DNA from: Lytechinus pictus
Taxonomy: Eukaryota
Direction: 5' to 3'
NCBI RefSeq assembly: GCF_037042905.1
Contig: NC_087249.1
Span: 9,116,001-9,180,000 of the forward strand
DNA: 64,000 nt
Every line of letters begins with the position of its first letter. The first letter of the stretch is position 1. The notes beneath the pieces are model-generated. The model had not been told where the DNA came from, did no database searches, and saw nothing but the letters and a program-made list of their open reading frames with translations. Below, in pieces: positions 1 through 11,030 of the stretch. Both the position numbers and the translations under genes were made by a program.

Positions 1-624
1 CAAATATTCAGCATACAGAAAGATAGTATTTTAAACATGAATATTGAGAAGGAAAGAAGCCAGGTGTGAGCATATATAAAGTCTTTCAAAAAAAAAAAAC
101 TCCTCCAATTGAGTTCAGAAAAGAAAATTTAAAATACCTTTACATCACTAGCAATTTTCATGAAATCCATCTTTTTCTTAGTTTGTAGTTTTAAGATTAC
201 ATAATTCCATTAAATTAATTAATTGTAATTGCTTTGGGCCTTATTGGAAAAACGCAGTATAAGTAATCATAAAAGTAATAAGTTAATATACAAGTATAGC
301 ATTGTTTGTCAAATGTTTAGTTGCAGGGATATGTCGGTCGATTAAAAAAGGTTCACATTTATTATGTCCAGACTGAGATGTTTTTCAGCAGGCTGTCAAC
401 ATGTAATACTACCTCAGTCTGTAATCCATACCGCACATCATGATTGCATTAAACCTATTCTCTCTCCCAACGTAATCGGAGAACCCCAAACACATCTCCT
501 AACATCAAAATGAAACTTGATGTGAAAAATGCAAGCCCTGGCCAACAGAGTTTGGTGGGAAGCCAAATGTCACTAGCTATTCCTAATTCAATTGACTCAT
601 TTTTTTTGTGTGAATTCTTGATAG

Positions 625-832
625 ATGTGTTCATGGCTCAGTTCACGGCGTTGAAGACGTCGCGCTCGGTGAAGACCAGACGTTTGGCTGCCGCTCAGGA
701 GAACACGGAGGTGACGAAAGCGGCGCGTCTTGCTCAGGTCTTCAAGGATATCTACACCGCGGTCTGCACCTATCGCAACCCTAGCGGTCAGAGCCTTGCC
801 ATCCCTTTCATGAATTTACCGTCTAAGAAAAG
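625..832 (+). CDS. ASH1L: ASH1L-like histone methyltransferase, first coding exon in window (pre-bromodomain / bromodomain start)
   Basis: ttgatag|ATGTG acceptor and AG|gtgagt donor. Encodes [43 protein letters not shown]...PFMNLPSKK, closely matching my recollection of vertebrate ASH1L (SVRTRRLAAAEENIEVARAARLAQIFKEI). Confidence 0.93.
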
Positions 833-1321
833 GTGAGTTAACATCTTTCACCCCTTCCCCTCTTCCCTCCCCTTATCCCCCTCTCCCCCTCCCCTTTCCT
901 CTCTCCCTCTCTCTTCTGTCTCTGTCTTCTATTCATTGATAATTTTTCCCTTCTCAATCTTTTTTCCCCCTTTTTTCCTTTCCAATCCTTTTTCCAACTC
1001 ATGGGTCCTCATTTTAATTTCCTGCCTTTATGTGTCACTATTAAATTAGATATTCAGATTTATATGCAAAATGTTCAATTTAGAACTTCAATAGTAATAC
1101 ATGTATTTCCAAAGGAGTCTAGCAGTCATTTATAGATGTATACTCTCATTCGGTAATTCAAATTGTACCGTTTGTATGACTTTTGCCTTGGTATACATGG
1201 AATTGCCAAAGTTAGTATGTTTTCTATCCTCCTCCTTCTCCTCCTCCTCTCTCTTTCTCCCCCCCCCCCCCCCCCACCACCAATACTATTAAGAAGCGAC
1301 ACTGCTTTGTATCTTATACAG

Positions 1322-1454
1322 GAATCCTGACTACTACAAGCGGATCTCTGACCCGGTCGACTTGAGCACCATCGAGAAGAACTTGATGACGGGGAAATAC
1401 AAGAGCGTTGAAGCCTTTGATTCAGACTTCCTCAAAGTCTTCAAGAACTCAGAG
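1322..1454 (+). CDS. ASH1L: ASH1L exon, bromodomain core
   Basis: tacag|G acceptor and GAG|gtcagt donor; phase 2 joins the previous exon. Encodes [44 protein letters not shown] (bromodomain PDYY..I..P.DL motif). Confidence 0.95.
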
Positions 1455-1637
1455 GTCAGTGAACCTTTCATTCCGTCTTTCCTAGGGCCTGTTTCATAAA
1501 GAGTTAAAACATGTTAACTTTCTGTTATTGTAACTACCATGGTAACCTTGATTGTGATTGGCTGCTGAGCCCTGTTACCATGGTAGTTGTCATAATGGTA
1601 GTTACCGTAAACAGGTCCTGTATAATATGCAACATAT

Positions 1638-1888
1638 ATATACCGCTTAATACAATGTTTCTAAGCGCTTCATACTATTATCCTAGCTTTACCATGGCTG
1701 CTATTATCGGGCACTCAAGCATTCAAGGAATTTTTCTACCGGGTACCCATTTACTGCACCTGGGTGGAGAGTGGCAAATGTAGATTAATGTCTTGCCAAA
1801 GCCTGGGACTGTTGTTGAGACTGGTGGGATTCAAACCCGGACTTTATGGTTCAGAATTTGAAGACTTATCCACTGGGCCACAAACACC
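1638..1888 (-). mobile_element. tRNA-derived SINE (diverged copy)
   Basis: Reverse complement has a degenerate box A/B head (gtggcccagtgg...gggtttgaatccc) and the shared core acccaggtg...aatgggtacccgg...ttccttgaatgc. Confidence 0.8.
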
Positions 1889-3066
1889 TTTTCAATGATG
1901 ATTTAACACTTCTGAGGTCTATTGCATTTTTAAAAATAAATACATTAAAAACTCAGGTAAAATTCAAAGTAACTAGAGTTTTCTCATATTATAAGTTTAT
2001 ACAATAGGGCACTGGTCTGAAAGGGTTTGATGATCTTGTATCATGATATGGTGTCTGTCTGCAATGGTCCTGTGTTACACGGCATGGGTCATTCACACTG
2101 CAGTTATTTAATTATTTTAAACACCATTTATGATTTGCATTATTTTATAATTTATTGCTACAGTCAAACAAGTCAAACTTTTATTCTAAAACTCATTTCT
2201 ATTGTGATAGCAAACACCTGCTTTAGATTTTTACATGTGATATATTTTTTATTTGCCTTAATTGATCTTTGTAGTTATTAAAGGCAAGACTAAGAAGTTG
2301 GTGTCTATTTGTGTTTTGATAAACTCTTCACGAGTATTTCAGTTTCATATTGTCGAGAGTCGATTCAACCCAATAGGTTCTTGACTCTGTAAATATTTAC
2401 TTAAATGATAGTTCAACCCGTGTAGCTGAAGAAAAAGATGCAGTGTTTCAGTTTCATAATTAGCTTCAAGTGAATGACTTGCTCATAGTCATGTGTTTAA
2501 AGCGATGAGGGGGGGGGGGGGGAATGCTTGTGATGGAGCAAGAGATGTACCATATATTTTCCCTAGTACATAAAAAGTCAACAATACCTGATAATTTAAG
2601 ATAAAATGGAAGTTAGTAAACTATTCCCCCCAAAAGTCACAAGTAACTGAGGTTCGCTATACACCATGCCTAAGAGTTTTTGGTAGGATGAGCATGTGTG
2701 TTGGCTGGAGCAGCTTTATCTCCCTGAAGAATCCTATTTGGTTTGTGCTAAGTTATTTATACAAGAATTTACGGATATTGTGATATACTGTATGATTTAC
2801 CGCTTATTCTGTATAAAAGCTCCTGATAATTCCTGTTTAGTGTAAAAGTTGGAATTATGATTACGACAGAAGCTGGAAACGGGATGTTTGATTTTGAATC
2901 CTGAATGAAGTATGGTTTTTAATCTGTCATATTGTGTAAATTCTTGATCGATGAATAGAATAATTATGTGTATTCACACTCTTAATATATTAACCAAATT
3001 TCCTGTTAGAAGGATATATGTCTTCATTCTAAGAGCATTTCTATATGATTATTGTTCGTCAAACAG

Positions 3067-3220
3067 AAATACAATGGCAAGCGGTCAGACTTGGGCAAGG
3101 ATGCAGCGGTCTTGAGAAAGATTTACCTGACCGCAAAGGCTCAGGCCACTAGCCATCTCCAGGACATCTTGGAACCAGTCAAGAAACAAGTGGATGTCGA
3201 GGCTCTCAAAGTGGTCAAGG
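3067..3220 (+). CDS. ASH1L: ASH1L exon, bromodomain C-terminal helix and linker
   Basis: aacag|AAA acceptor and G|gtgagt donor. Encodes KYNGKRSDLGKDAAVLRKIYLTAKAQATSHLQDILEP... Confidence 0.93.
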
Positions 3221-3851
3221 GTGAGTTTCAGAGTGACCGTTGAGTCGAAATTGTCTTTCTAAAAAAAAATTTCATATTGTTAGGTGCAGCACCCACTGTG
3301 CTGTAACTTTTGTTTTCTAGAATGTAGCAGAATTTCGTAAAAATGTGGATGTTAGAGTGCTTATATGTGGGAGCTACCTGTGTGATTTTTTTATTTATGA
3401 AAATTATAATGTCAAGTCATTTCAGATATGTGACTTCATGATAATGTACTTGGTTTATTAGTGTGATTCAAATCTGCAACGAGTTACAGCCAGTTAAAAC
3501 AATTAAAAAGAAAAACATAATTTTTTCTCTGATGTGTGTAGTGTCATCCACATTTATCTTCCCATTGAAAAATAATCAATTTTCATTTTAAATTGAGGAT
3601 TAGAGGGTATGTGAAATTTTCATGCTTCATGTAAAAAAATGCCGGCCTCATCAGACAAAAAGATGTAAAACGATTAGAGTTGCTGCTACCCTGTTTGGCG
3701 TTCAACATTTAAGGTATCGATCGTCGTCGATCTGGCTCTGCACAGTGGCTGCCAGCCCTTGATGAATTGGGAAAAAAGAATTTTCTGAGTATTTCTATTT
3801 CAGATCTGTATTTCGAACAATAAAAATATGGATTTTCATTTTTACAATCAG

Positions 3852-4042
3852 ATCCCAAGGCTGGTCCAAAGGAAGAGGAAGAAGAAGAGATCATCAGATG
3901 CCTGTGTGGTCTCTTCAATGATGAGGGTCTGATGATCCAGTGTGAGAAGTGCTATGTATGGCAGCACTGTGACTGCGTAGGGGTCAAAGATCAACCGGAA
4001 CATTACCTCTGCGAGAACTGTGACCCTCGACCTGTGCCAAAG
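3852..4042 (+). CDS. ASH1L: ASH1L exon, PHD finger
   Basis: atcag|AT acceptor and AAG|gtcagt donor. Encodes [44 protein letters not shown] (C4HC3 PHD). Confidence 0.96.
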
Positions 4043-4139
4043 GTCAGTTTTATAGAATGACCCCTTACATAGGCATGCATTATTTTTATCCATGAAGATT
4101 ATCATCAATTGTAAATTTCAGACAAAGTATATTTTTAAG

Positions 4140-4141
4140 TA

Positions 4142-4174
<33 letters not shown>

Positions 4175-4215
4175 GGTGAAGGTGATGATGATGATGTTCA
4201 TTATGATGATGATAA
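4140..4215. repeat. (GAT/GGT)n microsatellite
   Basis: Directly visible trinucleotide run. Confidence 0.9.
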
Positions 4216-4607
4216 TTAAAATTCATACTTTAATTATCAAATGCAAGGATGGAATAGTAAGGACCAAATTGAAGCCAAAGCTTGCTATAATTAGCCCTTT
4301 TACAAAGGACAGATATAAGTTTTAATGGGAGTTTTACCCTTGAATTCTAGCTTTCACTCAGATAATCACTTCATTTAGCATTATTTATTATTATTTTTTT
4401 AATTTTGATTTAATTTTGCTTCCCATGTTCCATGGTATTTAGTGCTAAAAATCAAGTTAGTTATATTATGGTTCATTAGGTTCTTTTTTTTAATATCATA
4501 CTTATGTAGTAGTCCTATTGTCCTCTTGTCCTCTATTTATGTGTACTCAATAATGAGGAAATTCTATTGAATGCCTTATTAACAAAATATTTATGGATTC
4601 TGTGCAG

Positions 4608-4701
4608 GAAATTGTGATGGTACCCCAGCCCAAGAATGCACAACCTAACCATTCATACTACCTGTGTCTGCAGAGGGATGATACACTCATAGTTAAACAA
4701 G
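4608..4701 (+). CDS. ASH1L: ASH1L exon, PHD-BAH linker / BAH start
   Basis: tgcag|GAA acceptor and G|gtgagt donor. Encodes EIVMVPQPKNAQPNHSYYLCLQRDDTLIVKQ. Confidence 0.92.
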
Positions 4702-4734
4702 GTGAGTGATAGTAGTGGTGTTGTTGACGGTAGT

Positions 4735-4792
4735 GTGATGATGATGATGATGATGGTCATAATGATGGTGATGGTAATGATGATGATGATGG

Positions 4793-4830
<38 letters not shown>

Positions 4831-4843
4831 GCCATAATGATGG

Positions 4844-4874
<31 letters not shown>

Positions 4875-4983
4875 GATGGTGATGGTGATGAGGATGGTTG
4901 TGATGATTATGATGACGATGATGGTGGTGCGTGTGGTGATGGTAGTGTGGTGGTGATGATGATGATTGTGGTGGTGGTGGTGG

Positions 4984-5038
<55 letters not shown>

Positions 5039-5286
5039 AATGATGGTCATAATGATGGTGATGATGATGATGATGGTCATAATGATGGTGATGGTAATGA
5101 TGATGATGATGATGATGATGGTGATGGTGATGGTGATGAGGATGGTTGTGATGATGGTGGTGGTGATGATGGTGATGGTGATGATGATGGTGGTGGTGGT
5201 GGTGGTGGTGGTGGTGGTGGTGGTGGTGGTGGTGGTGGTGGTGGTGGTGGTGGTGGTGGTGGTGGTGGTGGTGGTGGTGGTGGTGG

Positions 5287-5315
<29 letters not shown>
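4735..5315. repeat. Compound (GAT)n/(GGT)n trinucleotide array, about 580 bp, filling most of an ASH1L intron
   Basis: Directly visible; source of the spurious poly-His/Met/Val/Pro ORFs. Confidence 0.98.
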
Positions 5316-5317
<2 letters not shown>

Positions 5318-5422
5318 ATCTCACTTATTTCCTTTCTATATCCCAAATACTTACATGTAAAAGTCCAGGCTAAATTACACTTCATGCTGATCACTGTTTT
5401 CAAAATCATTGCCAATTTGCAG

Positions 5423-5564
5423 GTGACTGTGTATACCTTGCTCATGAGAACCAGCGACGTGGCTCCGATGGATCACCTATGAGAACGTCTGCTAGAATCA
5501 TGGCTAATACGACACCAGACAAGTTTAATATCTTCAGGGTTGAAAAGCTCTGGAAGACTGAAAT
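5423..5564 (+). CDS. ASH1L: ASH1L exon, BAH domain
   Basis: ttgcag|GT acceptor and AT|gtgagt donor. Encodes GDCVYLAHENQRRGSDGSPMRTSARIMANTTPDKFNIFRVEKLWKTE. Confidence 0.94.
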
Positions 5565-5606
5565 GTGAGTCAAAGCTTGTTATATTCTTATGTTCTGATA
5601 TGTTAA

Positions 5607-6202
5607 AAGGGAATCCTACTCAAATAAAAACTTGTGTTTAGAGTAAAAAGAAAAATCAGACAAGTTGATAGGTGAAAGTTTGAACACAATCGGACAAGCA
5701 ATAAAGTTTTGAATTTTTAAATGTTGTAAAAAAATTGGTAATCACTATACCCATGGAGACTTCAAATTGGCGGCATATGTGATGTCATAGTGATGTAAGG
5801 CAAGGACTATTCTTCCATGTATTCCAATACATAAAATAGGTAAAATATAATTTTTTCAAAAGTTTTACTTCAAATTCTATTTTTCCTTTTCATGAGGACA
5901 TAAAACAATATACAACCTGGGTTATATTTAGATTACTGCCCCCGGAAAATGGGTACTTAGGCGAAAACTGTAAATCACTGATTATGAAGTACATGGCCTA
6001 TGAGAAAGTTATCCTTGTCCCTTGTCATAATTTCCTTACCCAGTTGCCAATTTGAAACCTACATAGTCCTAGGGATCTCAATTATAAAGCAGCCATGTTT
6101 TTCTTATTGCTTGTCCGATTTCTTTCAAACTTTCACCAATCCATTTCATTTATTTTTCTCCTTTCCAACACAACATTTTATAACCGAGGCTAGATTCCCC
6201 CT
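5607..6202 (+). mobile_element. TTAA-type (Kolobok/T2-like) MITE, family A
   Basis: ttaa|aagggaatcc ... gattccccct|ttga termini. Reverse-complement copy of 47496-48098. Confidence 0.85.
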
Positions 6203-6481
6203 TTGAGAGATATTTTAATCATTTCTTACTTCACTGTTATATTCTTATGTTTCAATAATGGATCCTACTGAATTTATGCAGACAAAATCTTATCCGATGA
6301 GAATTCATCAAGTGATACTATATTTCAAATTTTCAATCTTGACACATGCATATCACGTGTCATCTTCATCGATTCAGACATGAAAAGACAACCTACTTTT
6401 ATTATTCACATACATGTAGCAAAATATCCATGGAAGCGGGATTGTATTCCATCATTTCTTTTTGTGTTTGTTTCTTTATAG

Positions 6482-6566
6482 TGGAGAACGCTTTGTATTC
6501 GGTCACCATTTCTTGAGGCCCCACGAAACTCATCATACTCCGTCCAGAAAGTTCTTCCGAAATGAG
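6482..6566 (+). CDS. ASH1L: ASH1L exon, BAH domain
   Basis: ttatag|T acceptor and GAG|gtaaga donor. Encodes [28 protein letters not shown] (BAH RPxET...F..NE motif). Confidence 0.95.
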
Positions 6567-7180
6567 GTAAGATTTGCTAATATGTGTTTACCTGTTTCTC
6601 GCTCTTGGGTGCAACTTTCAAATATATCTATTATTTCCCCTTCTTTCTTATCAAGACTAAGTTATTGTCTTTCTCATTTAATTGTAAAGTAATATTCCTA
6701 CGAATAAACAGTGTACATGGTTTGATCATTCATTCAGATCTACCACACATCCTTTTTAGATTCAAGTTTATAATGCGATTATTACAATTAGTAAAAAGAT
6801 ATCTTGTATATCAGTTTTGAATTTATGAATATTCCAGGATATATGTGCATGTATTTTGTTAATAGTGGGAGAGTAATAATGACACGATAAAGGACTGGAA
6901 TAACCTCCCCTTCTCAATGGTGAATAGCCCTTCCCTGGAGTCATTTGAATCAAAACTAAAACAACTTCAATAAAAGCCTTTCCACACACAGTGTGCTATT
7001 GTCCTCACCAAGTTAGTGTGGATGTGTCCATCAATGACATTTTGCTGACCCAACCATTCAGATTCAGACAACCTCTTAATATCGATCAGGCTGAACATAA
7101 AGATTATTTTTATCGTGTATTTCTTGAATTGCCAATTTAATGATCACTCTCTTTTTTTATTTTTTCATCTCTCCTATCAG

Positions 7181-7268
7181 TTGTTCCGAGTGCCTCTATA
7201 TGAGATCATCCGACTAGAGTCCATTGTAGGACTTTGTTGTGTGATGGACCTTGCCAAGTACTGCAAAG
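7181..7268 (+). CDS. ASH1L: ASH1L exon, BAH domain
   Basis: tatcag|TTG acceptor and G|gtaggc donor. Encodes [29 protein letters not shown]. Confidence 0.95.
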
Positions 7269-7711
7269 GTAGGCCCACCTCTTGCAAGGCTTCAATTATT
7301 GTATGATATCTTATATATTTTTTCAACACAGAGAATTTGGGGAAAATTAGATTGCTGATATCTTTTTCACATTTAGCTATTCATGAATGTATCTTGAATT
7401 TAGAAGTGTTTCTTACAGTATTGATCAAATCATACACAGTAAAACATAGTACAACTATGTGAATTTAAGTCTGCTTAATACTTGTCACATGTCTTATCCT
7501 ACAAATTGAACAAAGTCTTTTTTTTTCTACAGCCATCTATGAAAAAATGTCAGACATTTTGTCCGTCATCCAATCAAACCAAGGAGAGTTGTCAGAAAGT
7601 TGACAAAATCAAAAGGAAAATCATTAAGAATTAGCACCTATTCATTCAAGAAATGGCTTGCTAGGATATTAATCTCCTTAGTAGTTAATCCCTTCCTTAA
7701 TCCTGATTCAG

Positions 7712-7881
7712 GGCGACCTAAAGGGGTGAAGGAGCAGGATGTGTATGTCTGCGAGTACCGTCTGGATCGGACGGCGCATCTCTTCAGTCCGATCGGCAAG
7801 CTCAGTCGATATCCTATCTGCACCAAGAGATACGCTTTTGACAGATTCGAGAAGAAGCTTGTTCCCAAGAGAGATTACACG
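7712..7881 (+). CDS. ASH1L: ASH1L exon, BAH C-terminus
   Basis: attcag|GG acceptor and ACG|gtaagg donor. Encodes [57 protein letters not shown]. Confidence 0.95.
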
Positions 7882-8462
7882 GTAAGGGAACCACGTATCT
7901 TTGCTGGGATGAAAGACAAGAACTTTTATCTCAATGTTTTAGGAAAAACTCTCTTCTTTTTCCCCCTCCTTCATTAATTTATGTTCAGATTTCACCTCTC
8001 TATTTAAGATTTTCTCACGTGGAGAAGGTTTACGGTTCACCATGTGTAATATGAAGAAGGGAAAGGAAATACAGGCATAAAATTTATTTTCTCTTTTAAA
8101 CATTGTTTTGTCAGCTATGTTTTTTTTACACTCTCCTGAATGTTCTGTCACTTTGAGATATAAGACTTTGTTGCCATAGCAGCATTATCATTTCACTTTC
8201 TGTGTTGTTTCAATTGATTTTCTTCAATATAAAAGTTTGAAATATAGATTGTACATTATTTGAGGACATAAAATTGTTTCTATCTGATTTTTTTGTTCAA
8301 AGCATTTTATTTTTGTATAAATATTTTTTGTATCTTTCTCCTACTTGACTTCACTTGTAACGTGTAACAATTGTACTCGGTTGAGGTTCGTAGCTCAGAA
8401 ACTTGTATTCAATTGAAATATATAAATGCATTACCTTGTTTTCTCTTTATCTTATTTTCCAG

Positions 8463-8500
8463 CCTCATTACATTCCAGAGCATTTCAAAAGGCAACAAAG
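8463..8500 (+). CDS. ASH1L: ASH1L small (38-nt) exon
   Basis: ttccag|CCT acceptor and AG|gtgaga donor. Encodes PHYIPEHFKRQQ, resembling vertebrate PHYVPDNYKR; phases fit both neighbours. Confidence 0.88.
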
Positions 8501-9336
8501 GTGAGAAATCATTGTTATTAGTTATGCATTTAATCTCTCAACAACCCATCTACAAGTGTCATTTTACCATTTCAAATCTACGTCCCAACCACCCCCCCCC
8601 CCCATTTCTTTCCTCTCCCTCGTGCTGGAACCCAAGCAATAACCCTAAGATAATTCACTCAGAGATTGTGTAATGTACCATTATGGGGATATGCTCAAGG
8701 AATAATTGTTAATGTTTAGGGGTTATTATGCTTGAAATATTGTGATCAGTATCTTCATTTTGTATAAAATATAAAATGTAGAGATATTGTTACAAAATGA
8801 AATATATGAATATTCTTGCAAAATATGTAAACATCATTATGTGGAGCATGTGGTAGTTTTATTAAGGCCCTTTCCCACTGGCGCTTTTGGAAGATTTGCA
8901 TATGAATTGCTAACATAATTGGTTTATTTTCATTGTTGCGAATGAAAATGATCACCTGAAATTGTATACACAATTCATGCTCCATTAATCTTCCTGCCAG
9001 TGGGACCGGTTCCATGACATTTGCTCCAGCGACGATTACTCCGTTGTGATTTCTACACACTAATGGAAACGCCAACTTCAACCCTGGATTTAACACTATA
9101 CCCTATTCTTAACGTAACATAAAACCCTGCATGTTACTTAGAGTCTTGAGATTCATCATCGTCCTTATTGATTTCTACAAAATGTGAAAAACCAAAATTT
9201 CTCCACTATACTGAGTTGATTCTTAGCAGGCTAATTTACAAAAAAAAACACAAAAACAAGCACACATACGAAACATGATACCCTTATTTTTAAAGATAAG
9301 AACTCTTTGAGTATATTTTTTCATTTGTATTTTCAG

Positions 9337-9432
9337 GACTAATCCTGTCAAATGTAAGAAGGACAAGAACTCAGGAAGCGAAGATTCTATGAACAACTCA
9401 GATCACAGCAAGAACGGACTCAACGTATCAGG
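9337..9432 (+). CDS. ASH1L: ASH1L exon, low-conservation C-terminal linker
   Basis: tttcag|G acceptor and GG|gtaagg donor. Open phase 2-2 exon encoding TNPVKCKKDKNSGSEDSMNNSDHSKNGLNVS; inferred from splice sites and phase rather than homology. Confidence 0.75.
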
Positions 9433-9701
9433 GTAAGGACATCAATCAATTCAGACACAAAAAATAATCCTTTTTTATTATCATCGGAGGCTTGATATCA
9501 CTTCCTACTGTCTATTAAAACCTGTAACATTCAATAATCTTTTAACATTGCAGTGACTGGGGATTTTCCTGGGATTGTTCTTGATTTTCCAAGGTTCTTG
9601 AGCATTTCAATGGCTAAATTGCCCCGAGCCCCCATGTTATTTTGATTCCGTAAATGTAATATACCTCATCATCTTCCACAGAAGGATACCAGCTATATCT
9701 A

Positions 9702-9871
9702 GTGGGTGTTTCATAAAGCTGTTCGTATAGTTATGCACAACTTTACGCACGACTGGAACATGTTCTTAGGTCATAAATCAATTATATAGGGATATCACAT
9801 AGCACAAGAAAGGATCACCAGACGTGCGTAAAGTCATTCGTATCTTACGAACAGCTTTATGAAACACCCAC
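9702..9871. mobile_element. Short palindromic MITE (Harbinger-like), copy 1 of a tandem pair
   Basis: TIR gggtgtttcataaagctgttcgta ... tacgaacagctttatgaaacaccc. Confidence 0.85.
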
Positions 9872-9886
9872 CTGAAACAATCCCCG

Positions 9887-10066
9887 ATGGGTGTTTCTTA
9901 AAGCTGTTTGTAAGTTACGAGTGACTTTAGGAACGACTGGTGATCCTTTGTCCTGGTAAATAATACCCACCAGATTTTTAGTGGTGTTGATTTAGCTCCT
10001 GAGAAAGGTTCACCAGTTGTTAGTAATGTCATTCATAACTTACGAACAGCTTTATGTAACACCCAC
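9887..10066. mobile_element. Short palindromic MITE (Harbinger-like), copy 2 of a tandem pair
   Basis: TIR gggtgtttcttaaagctgtttgtaag ... cttacgaacagctttatgtaacaccc. Confidence 0.82.
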
Positions 10067-10509
10067 CTGGCCTGGTTCGGGTTAAAACAATATAATTTAA
10101 TGGAACAATTGAAGGTTTGTTCTGTAGACAATTTCATTTACCAATATTGCAGGAACAGTCTTTGATTTCAAACTGGCTCTGAATAAAGACATACTAAAAC
10201 GTAAAAATTCTTGCACTTACAAAGAGTAAATGCAAGAATTAATAGAATGCAAAGTCAAATAAAGCGAGAATGGAAGCTTAAACGGCTCTAAGGATCCAGA
10301 GCTCTGATCTTTTATCAGATTAATAGAAGACCTAGGTTTAGTACTTTGATTTATTATAATTCATGTTAATATTTCAAAAAAAATCTAATGACAATGAATT
10401 TATGCTGTTCATTTCCTTTACATCACTGATTATTAATGAGGTATACTTTTGTGAATGAAAAAGATATGAGATAAGTATGTTTATGCTTTTCCTCTTGGTT
10501 CGTTATCAG

Positions 10510-10655
10510 GGATGCACCAAGTGCCTCTGACAATGAAACAAAGAACAGCAAGAGGCGAAGGGGTCCCAAGACTGAGGCTGATAAGGAGAGACAACGACAG
10601 CGTCTAGACGGCATCATGGTTCATCTTCTTTCTCAACAACGAGCCGCCAAGCAGT
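10510..10655 (+). CDS. ASH1L: ASH1L penultimate coding exon
   Basis: tatcag|G acceptor and T|gtaaga donor. Encodes DAPSASDNETKNSKRRRGPKTEADKERQRQRLDGIMVHLLSQQRAAKQ, similar to vertebrate QRERLNQILLNLL. Confidence 0.85.
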
Positions 10656-10794
10656 GTAAGACCGGCTCGCTTGATGATGATGGTGGTGATGATGAAAAAA
10701 ATGGTGGCTCGGCTGTCTGTTAGTGTTCCATTTTTGGTTTCATTTTCTTTTCTTTCATTTCATGTTGCTTCTGCTTTCATTATTATATTATATT

Positions 10795-11030
10795 GTGACG
10801 ACGACTGTCACTGCAATTACTTCTTTTGCTGCTACTACCACTCATACCACTGCTGCTACTGCTACTACTACTACTACCACTATTACTATTACTACTTCTG
10901 CTGCTGCTGCTAGTACTTCTACCATAATACTGAACCTACTACCTGTACTTATAATAAGGAAAATACTACCACTTACGACCACTCCTACTTAGAACTACCA
11001 ATATCACTACTATTCATAGTACTACATTAT
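10795..11030. repeat. Degenerate (CTA/CTG)n low-complexity tract
   Basis: Visible ctactact/ctgctg runs. Confidence 0.8.

Noticed and set aside
4653..5445. Poly-His, poly-Met/Val and poly-Pro ORFs up to 223 aa
   Set aside because: Translations of an intronic GAT/GGT microsatellite between two phase-compatible ASH1L exons.
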